From NCBI GenBank assembly GCA_963575745.1, contig CAUYUJ010000001.1, forward strand, positions 1,116,001-1,180,000: 64,000 nt of DNA. The letters run 5' to 3'. Below, in pieces: positions 38,274 to 48,600 of this stretch; positions within the stretch are counted from its first letter, which is position 1; the number at the start of each line of letters is the position of its first letter. The notes under the pieces were generated by a model, which worked only from the letters and a program-made list of their open reading frames with translations, made no database searches and was not told the origin of the DNA. The translations under genes were made by a program, and so were the position numbers. Source of the DNA: Prorocentrum cordatum. Lineage: Eukaryota.

Positions 38274-41200
38274 GTCGGCACATGTATCCCCGTCGGATTT
38301 TGTCCCTGTGCTGGCTTCGTCTTGAGGTGGTCCTTTGCGGGCCTGCGGCCAGACGAGGCCGCCGCCGCCGGCCAGACAGCCGCCGGCAGCGCAGAGCCCG
38401 ACGTCCCGGGGGGGCGCTACGACCTGCAGGCTCTGCCAGAGGTCGGCGACTACAAAGGGTATAGGATATGGTTACGCCGGGGGTGTGGTTTGCGATCGGC
38501 ACCGTCGGGGCCGGGGGGGCACGACACTGTCCTCGTCGGGCCTCCTCGGGGCGCGGCGGAGAGCTCTGTTGAGGTCCTCGCCCGTCCCCCAGGGTGCCCT
38601 TCAGGGTGCCGGTTGCAAACCACACCTTTTGCAAACCCCACCCTTCGGAGTCGCCGAAGAGGGCGCTGGCGAGGACGGTTGGTTGCCCTGCAAGGACGTC
38701 TCCCGCGTCGCCGTCGACGGGGCGGCGGCCTGGCTGCTGAGGTTTGGGCCTCCCAGGTGGGGTGCGAGCAGACGGGGTCGGAGGGTCGCGCTTCATCGCC
38801 GAGGCATCACTTGCACGGTTCGATGCGGAGGCCGATGTTCTCCACCCCGACGTCGCCGATGCATCGCCGACGTCGCCGATGCATCGTCCATGCATCGACG
38901 ATGCGGCCCGATCCTCCGACCCCATCGGCTCGGACCCCATCTGGGAGGCATCTACGAGGGATGTGCCGGGGCGCGCCCTGCGGACGCGATTCCGGCTCTA
39001 CGAGCGCGAGAGTGGGCGCATCTCGAAGCAGAAAGAGCGGCACGGGCCTGATTTTTCGGAGCTCAGCGCGCGCTTTTCGTGGGTCGGCGCTGGGCCCACC
39101 TCCCCCCACAGCGGGGTGGCGCCTCTGGCGCCGCCACCACTTAAGCGCTCCGCGCTCCAGGGAAGGGGGTCCAGCGTTGGAGGGCAAAGTAGACTTGCTT
39201 CTAGAAGGCCAGCATCTCGCGCCTATGCCAAATACCGCTTGCACTTTCTAGCCACAAGCGTCTATAGACACACTGGTGCCGTCACGTACATCGACACATT
39301 CAGGGTGGATGCGTCTAAAGAGAACTCGGTCGTTGCGTTCGGCGCAGTAGAAGGTCGTAGAAAGGGTAGATCCGTCTATGGCATGCTCCTGTTTTAGAGC
39401 AGGTCCCATCTGGCACTCCAAGTCCAGCGCCGATCCAAGGAAAATCCACGCGGACCTCCGAAAATGTATGCTCGTGCGGTGTTTTCTTCTTCTGACGTCG
39501 GGCGGGCGTCGCCGCTGATGCTCTCCCACCTGGAGCCTGTGGCGACGGTCTCGGCGCGCAGGGTGGTCGACGAGTCCTCGTCTCGCATCGTCCTCCGCGC
39601 CCCCCTCGACGGGGCCCTGGGCACCCACGAGTTCGTCTGTCGCTACCAGGCGAGCGACGCCGAAAAACGGGGTCGATAGCGCGGGCAATCGCGCGTAAGC
39701 TGTCCGCGGAACGGTCGCGCGTAAGCGCCTTGGTTTCCGATGTATCGTGCCGCGCTGGCGGCCCGAGTAAGCCGCGGCGTAAAGTCGCCACGCCACCTCG
39801 CGCAATACCCGTTTGCTTCCGTCGCTCAGGTCAGATACCAGGCCGCACACGTCGACGCCCCCTGGGTGGAGATGCCGATCCAGGTTCGGTACGATCGAAG
39901 TGGGTACAGAAAAAGTGACCACGAAGACCGACAGCAATTCCTGACCATATGGAACAGCGCCGCCGCGTGCGTCGCCCGTTTGAGACACAACGTCGCCTGC
40001 ACAACAGCAGCCGCCGTCGGTGTGGGACAGCACTTGCTGTTGGAAATCGTGCCCATGTTTACGTGCCCATGTCGGGCGCGTCAACGTTGGGGCGACGAGA
40101 CCTATACATATCCAACGCCGCTGGCCAGGCCCATCCCGAGCGCAGTAGCGGTGTACTTTCAGGAGGGAAAAAAACACACAGACACAATGCATCGTCGACT
40201 CCCAAGAAAATATAGGAAAATATGGGCAGTGGGGGGAAGACGAAAACTCGGAACGTGACAAACATTGGGGAATCCTGGGATTTGTGCGTAGTTGTTTGTG
40301 TGCCCCTGGGCCCCTCAGAAATGCCTCCCTGGCCAAGCCAGGGGGGGCGTATACACCGCCCCTGGGCCCAGGATAGGCCTGGCCAGCAGCGGCGGACGTA
40401 TGTGAACCTCTCGTTTCCCACAGCAGCTACTCTGGCACCGCCTTCTGCGACCACCTCGCAGACCCATCCCTGAGATCTGAAGCTGCCAAGAAAGGTGCAA
40501 CATCGCGAAAAATCGGGGCTGGAGCCCTGGACCCCCTCTGTGTGCGTCATCTTTTGAGCCGGATGGATCTGTGAAGGTCCCCGGGGACCGAACCCGGGCG
40601 AAAACGTTTTTCATGTGAAACAGTTGCGACGCCCACGGGCGCTTGTCTCCCAAATGATAGGTGCTCTGGCACCGCCAGAACGACCACCTCGCAGACCCCG
40701 ACCCCCTCGCGGACCGCGCGGGCGCGCTTGTGACCGGCCTCGAGGGCCGGCCGTCGGCGCAGGCTGCTGGCGACGGCGGCGCGGAGGATCCGCCGCCCGC
40801 CGACGGCGGCGGCCTCGGGGCCATCGAGCAGGACGCGGAGACGAGCCGGCCACGCGCAGAGGGGGGGTATGGGGGAGAGGGGGGGGTCGGGGGTATGGGG
40901 GAGAGGGGTATGGGGTATGGGGGAGAGGGAGCCAAGACATCGGATGTCCGGAGACCGCGACCCTGAGTTCGGATCCGCCATACTTTGGTTGATTCTCCGA
41001 CTCTGCAATGTGCCGGGAGCTTGAATAGCAGGGCGGGCATGTCCGCCCTACGTACGACATCGCCCAAGGTACAGCGGATCCGAAGTCAGAGGAGGGCACG
41101 GATGTGGACATGTTCGCCGCCCTTTGTCGGATCGGACGAAAGTCGACCATGCGCAGAGGGGGGTAAGGGGGAGAGGGGATGGCTTCTTAGAAGCACCCCT

Positions 41201-41316
41201 GCTTCTTAGAAGGCGTGGGCCTTCTCTATCCTGCCCAGAAGCAGCCTCTTTCTAAGAAGCCTTCCCCCCTCCCCCTGCCCCCCTTGTTCGCGCCCATGCC
41301 GCCAAGCGAGAAGACA

Positions 41317-41372
<56 letters not shown>

Positions 41373-44300
41373 TCCAGGCCTCTGAAGTTTGGAGCTAGCT
41401 GGGGGTCTGAGGTGGCCCAGCACTGGTTCTGGCGAGCAGGAAAGAGGGGAAGAGGTTCGAGGTTCTGGGCTCGAAAACTTGTTCTTTTTTGCTCTGCCTC
41501 CAGGAGCCGTTTTCGGGCTCCAGGACCGTCAAAGACGGATCCCCCTGCCGCCTCTGATTTCGAATGAGGCCAGAGTAAGTGTGGCTCGGGGACAGCGCCG
41601 CATCGTCGATTCTTCGGCGATGAGGCGCGATCTGCAGCCCGTTCTTCTCCATCCCGCCGTCGCCGATGCATCGGCGATGCACCCGCGATGCGGCCCGATC
41701 ATTCGGCAGGATCTGCTCTCAGCCCCATCTGGGAGGCATGCAGGCGAGGCCGTGTGTTCAGTCCGTTCTGTTCTGCTCGGGGGCCCGTTTCTGGGCCCCC
41801 AGGCCGTCAAAACGGATCCCAGACGAAAGACTACAATTCGGGGAAGGGGTCGGGCCTCCTAAGCGACGAAATACTCATCGCCGAATGTATGGGTGTTAAA
41901 ACCCGCATTCTTCACTAAGTATGATCGCTGGTTTGGGTTAGAAAGTGCACAGAACCGACGGCGACGATAACGACGGCGACGACGAGGACGTGAACGGCGA
42001 CCACGGCAACGAGGACGACGACAACACCGACGACGCCCACGACAACGATCACGATGACGGACGACGGCGACGACGGGCGACGACGACAAACGACGATCCC
42101 TCCCCTCGCCCCTCGCCTCTCTCCCCCCCTCCCCCTCCCTCCCTCGCCCCTCCCCCTCTCCCTCCCCCTCGCCCCTCCCTCCCTCCCTCTCCCCCTCTCC
42201 CCCTCCCTCCCTCTCTCCCCCTCTCCCCCTCGCCCCTCCCCTCCCTCGACTCCCCCTCCTCCCTCCCCCTTTCCTCGTGTCAACTTTGACAGGAATGTAA
42301 TACATGTTCGTCGGTCCGCACAGATCTCTTACGTCGGCGATATGCCGCTGGGGGGGCCAGCGCCAACCCGAGAAATCCGCGCAGCACTCCGAAGGTGTAA
42401 CTACGGTGGGGGCGTTGGTCAAGAAGTTTGCCCAGGAGGCTCCAGACCCTGGAGGATTCCTTACCTGACGTGGGCGGCGGTGATAGCCATGGCCGCTCCG
42501 CGATTGGAGTTCCTCCAGCTCTCAAACCCTGGATTCCTTATCCAAGCCGTGTGGCTGTGCCGCTTTTTGTTGTCCCGGAGGACGTGAGTCTGCCGCCGGC
42601 CCACCCGACCATCCCTCTTGCCACGGTGAGCCCGACCGGCCACGTCACGCGCCAGAGGTGCCTGGTGGCCTGCGTCCGCGAGGAGGACGTCGGGCGGGGC
42701 TGGGACGAGGATAAGTCCGCTCCAGAGCGTTCCGGAAGGCTCTCAGAGCGTGCGTTCCCGAACGCTCTGAGAAGGCCATGCTCCAAAGCCGCCGAATCTC
42801 AGAGATTCTCGATTTACCTTCACCCGATCTTATCTTCGTCCTGGCCTCGCCTTAGAGGACGGGCTGAAGCTGGACACGCGCTACGCCTTCTCGGTCCGCG
42901 TGGGCGACCTCTTCCACATGACCGAATGGTCGGAGCCGTCGGAGGAAGAGAGGCTCGGCACTGCCCTCCCGAGGTCCGTCGTCGGAGGTCCAGCGAGCAG
43001 CGTTGGGGAGTAACGAGGAGAAGAGGGGCGGACAAGGAGGGAGGAGGAGGAGGAGGAGGGAGGAGGGGGAGGAGGAGGAGGAGGAGGAGGAGGAGGGAGG
43101 AGGAGGAGGAGAGGAGGAGGAGGAGGAGGAGGAGGAGGAGGAGGAGGAGAAGGAGGAGAGGCGGAGGGAGGGGAGGGAGGAGGGAGGGAGGGAGGAGGAG
43201 GGAGGGAGGGAGGGAGGGGAGGGAGGAGGGAAGGGAGGGAGGGAGGGAGGGAGGGAGGGAAGGCAGGAAGGAAGGAAGGAAGGAAGGAAGGAAGGGAAGG
43301 AGGGAGGGAGGAAGTGAGGGAGGGAGGGGGGGGGAGGATCTGGAGGACGCTAGGCTCAGCGTGCCGCCCCCGCACATCAGCCCGCTGGTGCCCACGCAGG
43401 AGCAGGCCATCGCCGTCTCCGACCTGACGGAGTCGTCCCTCCGGGCCAGCTGGCCCCAGTTCGTGCCCGCGGCCTTCGCCGGGGTCCCGGTGCACGCGGA
43501 GGTGGAGTGCCCCTCGGGGGCCTCGGACGCTCTCCCGATCAGCCCGCGCCAGGATCCTGCAGGATCCTGCACGCAGACCCGGGTCAGTGCAGCCCTGGCT
43601 CTGCAGGATCCTGCAAGATCCGGCGCTCTGACTGACCCCCGTTTCTGGAGCCCCGAGGCGTCTTGGACGTGTTTGGCGCCGTTCTGTCCCCAGAGGCCCT
43701 CAGAGGCCCACCAGACGCCCGGCGCCGTGATGTTGTTCCCGCCGTGGCTCCCCAGAGGTCTGGACCTTCCTCCCGCGGACCGGCTTCTCTCATCCCGAGC
43801 CGTTTTTGTTGGCCAGTCCCCTTGTAGGGTCGACTACGCGTAAGAGTGACCCTTCACCAGAGTGACCTTTGGTGCGTGCCCATTGGAGACCGCCGGGCGC
43901 CGAACGCGATGCGATAGTAGCGTCCTTTGCGCCTGTGTCTGGCCCCCCCCGCGGCCCCCAAAAAGCCGCGCACCAAAGGTCACTGTTACACAGGGGACGA
44001 AGATGGCGAGAAACCCGCCGCCGTAATTTTGCACGACGCGTGGGGGTCTGCGCATGGCGCCGTCGCCCGCCGAGACCTCCAGGTACAGGCTGACGGTGAC
44101 TCCGCAGCCGATGTCCAGCGACCGGCTTGCCCAGCGGAGCGCCGGCGCGCCGCCGGCGCCGGCGCCGCCGCCGCCCCGCTCCGAGCACCTGCTGTGCTCC
44201 GCCTTCCCGCGTGGCACGCCGCCGGACGAGATCGTGCAGGGCCGCTGCCCCAGCGTGGTCGTCAGCGGCCTCTCCCCGCGGTGCCAGTACAGCCTGGCCC

Positions 44301-45406
44301 TGCAGGTGCGCTACGCCCGCTTGGGCTCGCGGGGCTGGGCCAGGGCCCTATGCACGGTCGCGACCACCAAGAAGGCCGCGGCGCAGCACGCGGCCGAGGG
44401 CAGCCTCGCCTCGGTCGACGCGGTGCCCGCCCCAAGCCCGCGGCGGCCGCCGAACGCTGCCGCGCCCAGGATGATCACCGCCGCGGCCTCGAGCCAGGCG
44501 GGCGCCTGGCCCGCCGCCTCGGCGGGCGAGCACTCGCGGCCGGGCACGCCCTCCAGGGCAGACAGCCCCCGCGCGCTGCTGCCCCCGCTCGGCGCCCGGG
44601 GTGCGGCAGCTGCGTCGGAGAGCCCGCCGCCGGGCAGCGGAGACCGCCTGGCCAGCGCGGAGGGCACGTCGTGGGCCAGCGGCGCCGGCGCGCCGGAGTG
44701 GAGGTCCGCCGCGGACGCGGACCTGGATCGCGTCATCGGCGGCACCCGCAGGTCGGAGGGGGAAATGGCACCGAGCACTTGCCTCGTCTTCGCCCTTCGG
44801 GGGCCTCCTGGGAGGCCCCCGTCGCCACGGCCAGATCCACCCGGATGCTCCGGTCGGCACCCACCCGGGGAGAGGTCTTGCCCAGGAGCAGCGGTGTCGG
44901 TGCTCTGTGTCGTCTCCCCGGCAGGGGCCTGGGCGTCGCGGCGGGGACCCCTGCGGGCGAGGCCGACGCCGGCGAGCTCCCCTTGCCCTTGGACAGCGGG
45001 CCCTTCTGGACGAGGGACCCGTCCGCCCCAGCGGGGGTCGCGGGCCGCCCGGCGATGCCGCGCATGCCCGCGGCGGCGCACCCGCAGGCCTGGCGGTGTT
45101 CACTCCGAGCTTGTCGGGCGGAAGGTTTTGCTCAGGCGTGTCGTAATGGGGGGCGTCTTCCGTCTCCTCGCCCCTCTCGGCTGCGAGCGGGGGGGAAGTG
45201 AGAAGGAGAAGGCCCTCTCGGAAGGCCGCGGGACTTCTCAGATGCCCTCGCGCCGTCTGAGAAGTGGTTTGTGTCTTCGGGGCAGGCTCGGAAAACTTCT
45301 CAGAAGGCCGGGGGGGACTTCCGAGCCTTCTCAGAAGGCCTTCTCCTTCTCGCTGCCCCCGCTCGCCGCCGACCCTCGCCCGCCTGCGCCCCTGCGCCCG
45401 CATTGA
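13043..45406 (+). CDS. Multi-exon gene encoding a large fibronectin type III repeat protein (gene span; ends approximate)
   Basis: GC3-rich exons join in frame across GT/GC/GA-AG introns: 13951-14121, 17943-18091, 19473-19716, 20881-21050, 23572-23731, 23943-24146, 24300-25016, 25220-26455, 34305-34495, 34824-35232, 35438-35551, 35915-37885, several short exons 38358-42685, 42858-42952, 43354-43506, 44083-44751, 44925-45087. Recurrent FN3 motifs include L.P.T.Y.F.V.A and YQVQVR.G....WS.WS. Confidence 0.75.
14941..15189. repeat. (CAT)n microsatellite
   Basis: Direct inspection. Confidence 0.95.
15190..15472 (+). repeat. Tandem repeat, 87-bp unit with GGGACACC subrepeats; related inverted copy at ~19745-19975
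   Basis: GTCCGGCCGCGCCTCAGCCACA at 15277, 15364 and 15451. Confidence 0.8.
21888..23220. repeat. Degenerate CCAAGA(C/G)GGC satellite-like arrays in opposite orientations (21888-22470 minus, 22730-23220 plus); also at ~940-1290, 2140-2390, 3260-3800, 15880-16520
   Basis: 11-bp-type units such as CCAAGACGGCC and CCAAGAGGCCT. Confidence 0.75.
23572..23731 (+). CDS. FN3 gene exon
   Basis: SGSWAVLLEGVPHGLVVCAEVRVGTALRWSAWSEES; AG acceptor and GT donor; missed by the ORF track. Confidence 0.75.
23943..24146 (+). CDS. FN3 gene exon
   Basis: VVSCTDSSAKVRWQPF...EYRVTI (FN3 strands A-C); AG acceptor and GC donor. Confidence 0.8.
24300..25016 (+). CDS. FN3 gene exon
   Basis: ARMLMADMFYAVRVDARYP...; in phase with both neighbouring exons. 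Confidence 0.8.
25017..25219 (+). mobile_element. GC-AG intron (203 nt) filled by a palindromic MITE (family A)
   Basis: TIR GGAAGAAAAACGGCACGGGC...CTTTCGGAGGTCCGC with its inverse at 25169-25210. Other copies at ~2800-2960, 7350-7719, 8970-9159, 35643-35822, 39030-39492. Confidence 0.75.
25220..26455 (+). CDS. FN3 gene exon (two FN3 motifs)
   Basis: GLAAGTTYEVQVRVGTSSRWSPW and GLLPATSYEFSVVARYP. Confidence 0.85.
27018..27195 (+). repeat. 5' LTR remnant (3' portion)
   Basis: Aligns by eye with 33897-34072, e.g. gtacagataccttgcatgactgcacatcgtgttgcacaa vs gtacagaaagcattgcgtgattgcagaccgtgctgcacaa. Confidence 0.65.
33897..34072 (+). repeat. 3' LTR (alignable portion; true start lies further upstream)
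   Basis: Homologous to 27018-27195; ends TTCCCA. Confidence 0.65.
34824..35232 (+). CDS. FN3 gene exon
   Basis: SCHPCRWIGVPSEPVATCIAP...AWQELEQ; phase-consistent with exons 34305-34495 and 35438-35551. Confidence 0.7.
35233..35437 (+). mobile_element. Introner: 205-nt GT-AG intron that is a TIR element with a CAGGT target-site duplication
   Basis: TGACGAGCGAACAACACACACTCACACCCA ... TGGGTATGGGTGTATGTTGTTCGTTGGTCA, with CAG|GT at both ends. Confidence 0.8.
35915..37885 (+). CDS. FN3 gene, largest exon (several FN3 domains)
   Basis: YQVQVRIGDGFRWSDWS, GLLPSTAYVLSVSARYP, YQVSVRVSDGLAWSDWS, DLRQDTTYVFTLAARY. Confidence 0.88.
38742..38958 (+). mobile_element. Hairpin intron (217 nt, GT-AG) with ~60-bp TIRs
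   Basis: GCCTCCCAGGTGGGGTGCGAGCAGACGGGGTCGGAGG is the imperfect reverse complement of CCTCCGACCCCATCGGCTCGGACCCCATCTGGGAGGC; a related half-copy lies at ~41600-41738. Confidence 0.75.
39177..39421. mobile_element. 245-bp TIR element with an 8-bp TSD nested in a family A MITE
   Basis: TTGGAG...CTCCAA ends; GTCCAGCG at 39169-39176 and 39422-39429. Confidence 0.7.
39650..39841 (+). mobile_element. Introner: 192-nt GC-AG intron with TIRs and TACCAGGC direct repeats
   Basis: GAGCGACGCCGAAAAACGGG ... CCCGTTTGCTTCCGTCGCTC; TACCAGGC at 39644-39651 and 39836-39843. Confidence 0.75.
40937..41297. repeat. ~360-bp dispersed composite repeat; second copy at 47581-47955
   Basis: Colinear similarity from ATCGGATGTCC.GAGACCGCGA through the family C hairpin. 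Confidence 0.75.
42686..42857 (+). mobile_element. Introner: 172-nt GA-AG intron, TIR element with a GAGGACG target-site duplication
   Basis: TIRs TCGGGCGGGGCTGGGACGAGGATAAG / CTTATCTTCGTCCTGGCCTCGCCTTA; GAGGACG at 42683-42689 and 42855-42861; related copy at 7373-7546. Confidence 0.8.
42858..42952 (+). CDS. FN3 gene exon
   Basis: DGLKLDTRYAFSVRVGDLFHMTEWSEPS; missed by the ORF track. Confidence 0.75.
43036..43337. repeat. (GAG)n/(GGAG)n purine tract
   Basis: Direct inspection. Confidence 0.95.
44083..44751 (+). CDS. FN3 gene exon
   Basis: YRLTVTP...VVVSGLSPRCQYSLALQVRYARLG. Confidence 0.8.
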
Positions 45407-45639
45407 CAGCGGATGCGTCCCGCCGTCTGCTTGACCGCTTGTTGAATCCAAAACTCGCCCCGCCGACCAAGAAACATCGCAGCGGGGGCGGGCGAGGCAT
45501 GGCGGGGGGGGGGCGAGCGGTTGCGTGAAGGGGGCCTTGGGCAGGGTCCCAGTGGGGCCCTGAAAGTGCACGAAAGGTGCTCGTGTCTCCCCCTCCCCCG
45601 TTAACGGGCGGACCGAGGTTTGAGATCGAGGTCGGTTCG

Positions 45640-48600
45640 GGGAGGACACCCTGATGTTCTGCGTGTCTGTTGGATGTTCTTGTGCATCCTGGAGGAGGGC
45701 ACCCTCGAACAGTTCCACTGTTTTGCCGGTGGAGGGCTTCATATTCTTGGAGGACGCTCTTCTGTCTTGGTCCGGCCGACTTGCCGGCCTGTGAAGCAAC
45801 GCCCGCTCTCCGTTCAGTCCCGCCACTGCTTCTTCTCTTCTGTTTCGGCTCCCGGAGGGGGGAGGGAGGCCTTTTGCGGGCCCCGCAGGGCCGACGAAGA
45901 GCTGCCTGGGGCAAACGGCGAACACCGCCCCTATGGGGACGAGGCCGAGGGGTCGAGAGCTGGGGCCGGGGCGGACGAAGGGGGGGGACAGGGAAAGGAG
46001 GCCCCGTGAAGTCTGTTGCATGCAGCTGGTTTCGGCCCTGCCGCAGGGCATCTTCTTCCATGTACACTGGCGCCTCCGGCGCCAGGCGGCAGGCCAACGG
46101 GCCACGCGATCCGATCCCCCCAGCCCGCGCTTCACGATCCCCCCCTCTCGTCCGACCCGACGCGCGGGCTCGCGGGTGGGGCGGCTTCGTGGCTGCAGCT
46201 GGGAGCAGCTCGCGAGGCCGGCCAGCGTGGGCCCAGGGGAGCGGTGCGAGGGGAGCGGTGCGGCTGGCGCGAGAGTCCAAGACAGCCCGTCCCTCTTCAG
46301 GGGAAGTATCTTCAAAGATAGTCCAACAAAAATAGTTCGGGGGTTATTTGTTCAATGTCTTCTGACTATGTTTTAGCATTTTGGGGGTATTTGTTTTATT
46401 TGTCGTCCGAAATCCGCCTGTAGGGGGACATGCCCGACCTAATTCTAGCTGTGGATGGGGGGTGCCTGTGCCCTGTACTCTTCGTGCACCCCCTCTGCCC
46501 TGGAGTGTTCCTCGTCTCCGGCGAGGGGGCTCAGAATCCTGGCCCGCGTTCTCGTGGCAACGCTTCGGAGGTATTCTCAGCGAGCCAGAAGCCGCCGTTA
46601 AAGGCCTGCACGGACAGTGGCCGACCTCCTTTTAGAAGCCCCCTGGGCTTGTCAGAATGCCGCCGACCCCAGACACCCGACGACTCGATAAGTCCGAGTC
46701 TCCAGGCCTTGGACTTTTTGACAATTTCCTTGGGACCGACTTCTCACCCCTGGCCGTTTTCGAACAGCCCTGGGGCCCAGGAAAGGGCACCCGGAGCCCG
46801 AAAATGCAGAAGAACACCTCGGTCCCAACTTTGCTCGAGTCTCTTTGGAGGTCTGGGCCCAAGAAGCCTTCAAGAGGGACCCGATCCCCTGCTAGAAGGC
46901 CCCTTGAGCCTCTTAGAAGGCCGGTCCCTCCTTTGGGCCGGAAACATGTGGTCGGGAACGTATGCTCAGCGTGGCGCTCCGCCAGTTCTGGCCCACCACG
47001 CCACGCTTGGGCGCGGCACGCTCACCACATCCCAGTCCCCAAGCATCAACGTCCGGGCTTTTCCCATCCGCCCCCGTCGCCCCGCGGAGCGGAGCGACGC
47101 GCTATCCGCTTGCCAGGGCATAGCGTGTCGCCAGAGCCGCCGCCGCGACTTTTCTGTCTGCGGCCGCTTGACTCAATCAGCGCTCGAGCGACGGAGGGGC
47201 GCTTCCGAGGCGATGCGGCGCAGCTGCCGCCGCGACACGCTGAACAAAAGGTCCCAACATTGCGCCGACCCCGTGGGTAAAGAGGCCAGTTCTTCGCGGG
47301 CGCTCCGCGCGGAACGCACCCACGGGCTCGCGTGTATCCACGGGGTCGCGCCTCGGCGCCCAGGCCCAGACACGCGCAAGTCATGATCAAAAACTACGAC
47401 GGGAGGTTGTGGGCCGTTTCTGGCCTCTGGCGGTTTTCGCCGGGCCGCAGGATCCTCACGAAACGACTTGGGATGAAAAGCCGGTCCTGGGGCCTCCGGG
47501 GGAAGGTCCAGGCGCGGGGTGAAGAGCCGGCCCTGGGGAAAGGGTCGAGGTTCCTTCGGGTGGTGTCTTCACAAAACCAGATATCGGATGTCCAGAGACC
47601 GCGAGACCCTGATTTCGGATCCCCCACAGTTTGGTTGATACTCCGACTCTACAACGTGTTGGGAGCTTGAATAGCTGCGCGGGCACGTCCGCCCTGCGTA
47701 CGACATCGCCCAATGTACAGCGGACCCGAAGTCAAGGGAGGGCACGGATGTGGACATGCTCGCCGCCTTTGTCGGATCGGACGAAAGCCGACCATGCGCA
47801 GAGGGCGGTAGGGGGAGGCGGAGGGCTTCTTAGAAGCACAGCTGCTTCTTAGAAGGCGCGGGCCTTGTCTGTGAATGTAAGGCCCGCACCTTCTAATAAG
47901 CAGCCTCCTTCTAAGAAGCCTTCCCCCCTCCCCCATACCCCCCTCTGCGCGCCACCAGGAGGAGGAGGAGGAGGAGGAGGAGGAGGAGGAGGCGGAGGAG
48001 GAGGAGGAGGAGGAGGAGGAGGAGGTGAGAGGAGGAGGAGGAGAAGGAGGAGGAGGAGTGGGGTATAGGGAAAGGGGGGGGGGGGCGGGGGGCGAAATCT
48101 GCTTGATGCAGCTGGTTCCCCGCCGCCGGGCGCGTTCCTCGAGACACTGGCGCCTCTGGCGCCGAGAAGCGCCGAGGAAGTCAGCTACGTGAGCTGGTTC
48201 GTTGACCCCCTTTGCTGTCTTCAGGAGGAGGTCAACACACGTGCACGAAGAATCGTCGCTTCCAAAGAAAAGTATGGAAAATATGTGAGGTGGAAGGTGA
48301 AAACGCACCTTTTGAAAATATGGAAAATATCAGAGTGAGGGGGCCGAACGGTCATTCACTGTCCCTGGGTGCGTGGCTGAAGTGGGATTCCGCGGTGCGG
48401 ATTCTTGCTGTTGTTGTTTGTTGTTTGTTGTTGTTGTTGTTGTTTGTTGTCGTCCTCCCACCCGCAACCCGCCCCGCGACCCATCCGCGGCCCACCCCGC
48501 GACCCACCCCGCGACCCACCCGCGACCCACCCGCGACCCACCCGCGACCCACCCCGCGACCCGCCCCGCGACCCACCCCGCGACCCACCCCGCGACCCAC

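Noticed and set aside
41130..41150. GGACGAAAG motif suggesting a hammerhead ribozyme (also CTGACGA at 60832 and 61856)
   Set aside because: The partner core motif (CTGANGA with GAAA and closing stems) is not present in the required arrangement.
44348..46315. 655-aa minus-strand ORF
   Set aside because: Mostly the antisense shadow of GC-rich FN3 exons and MITEs; only small parts could be exonic.
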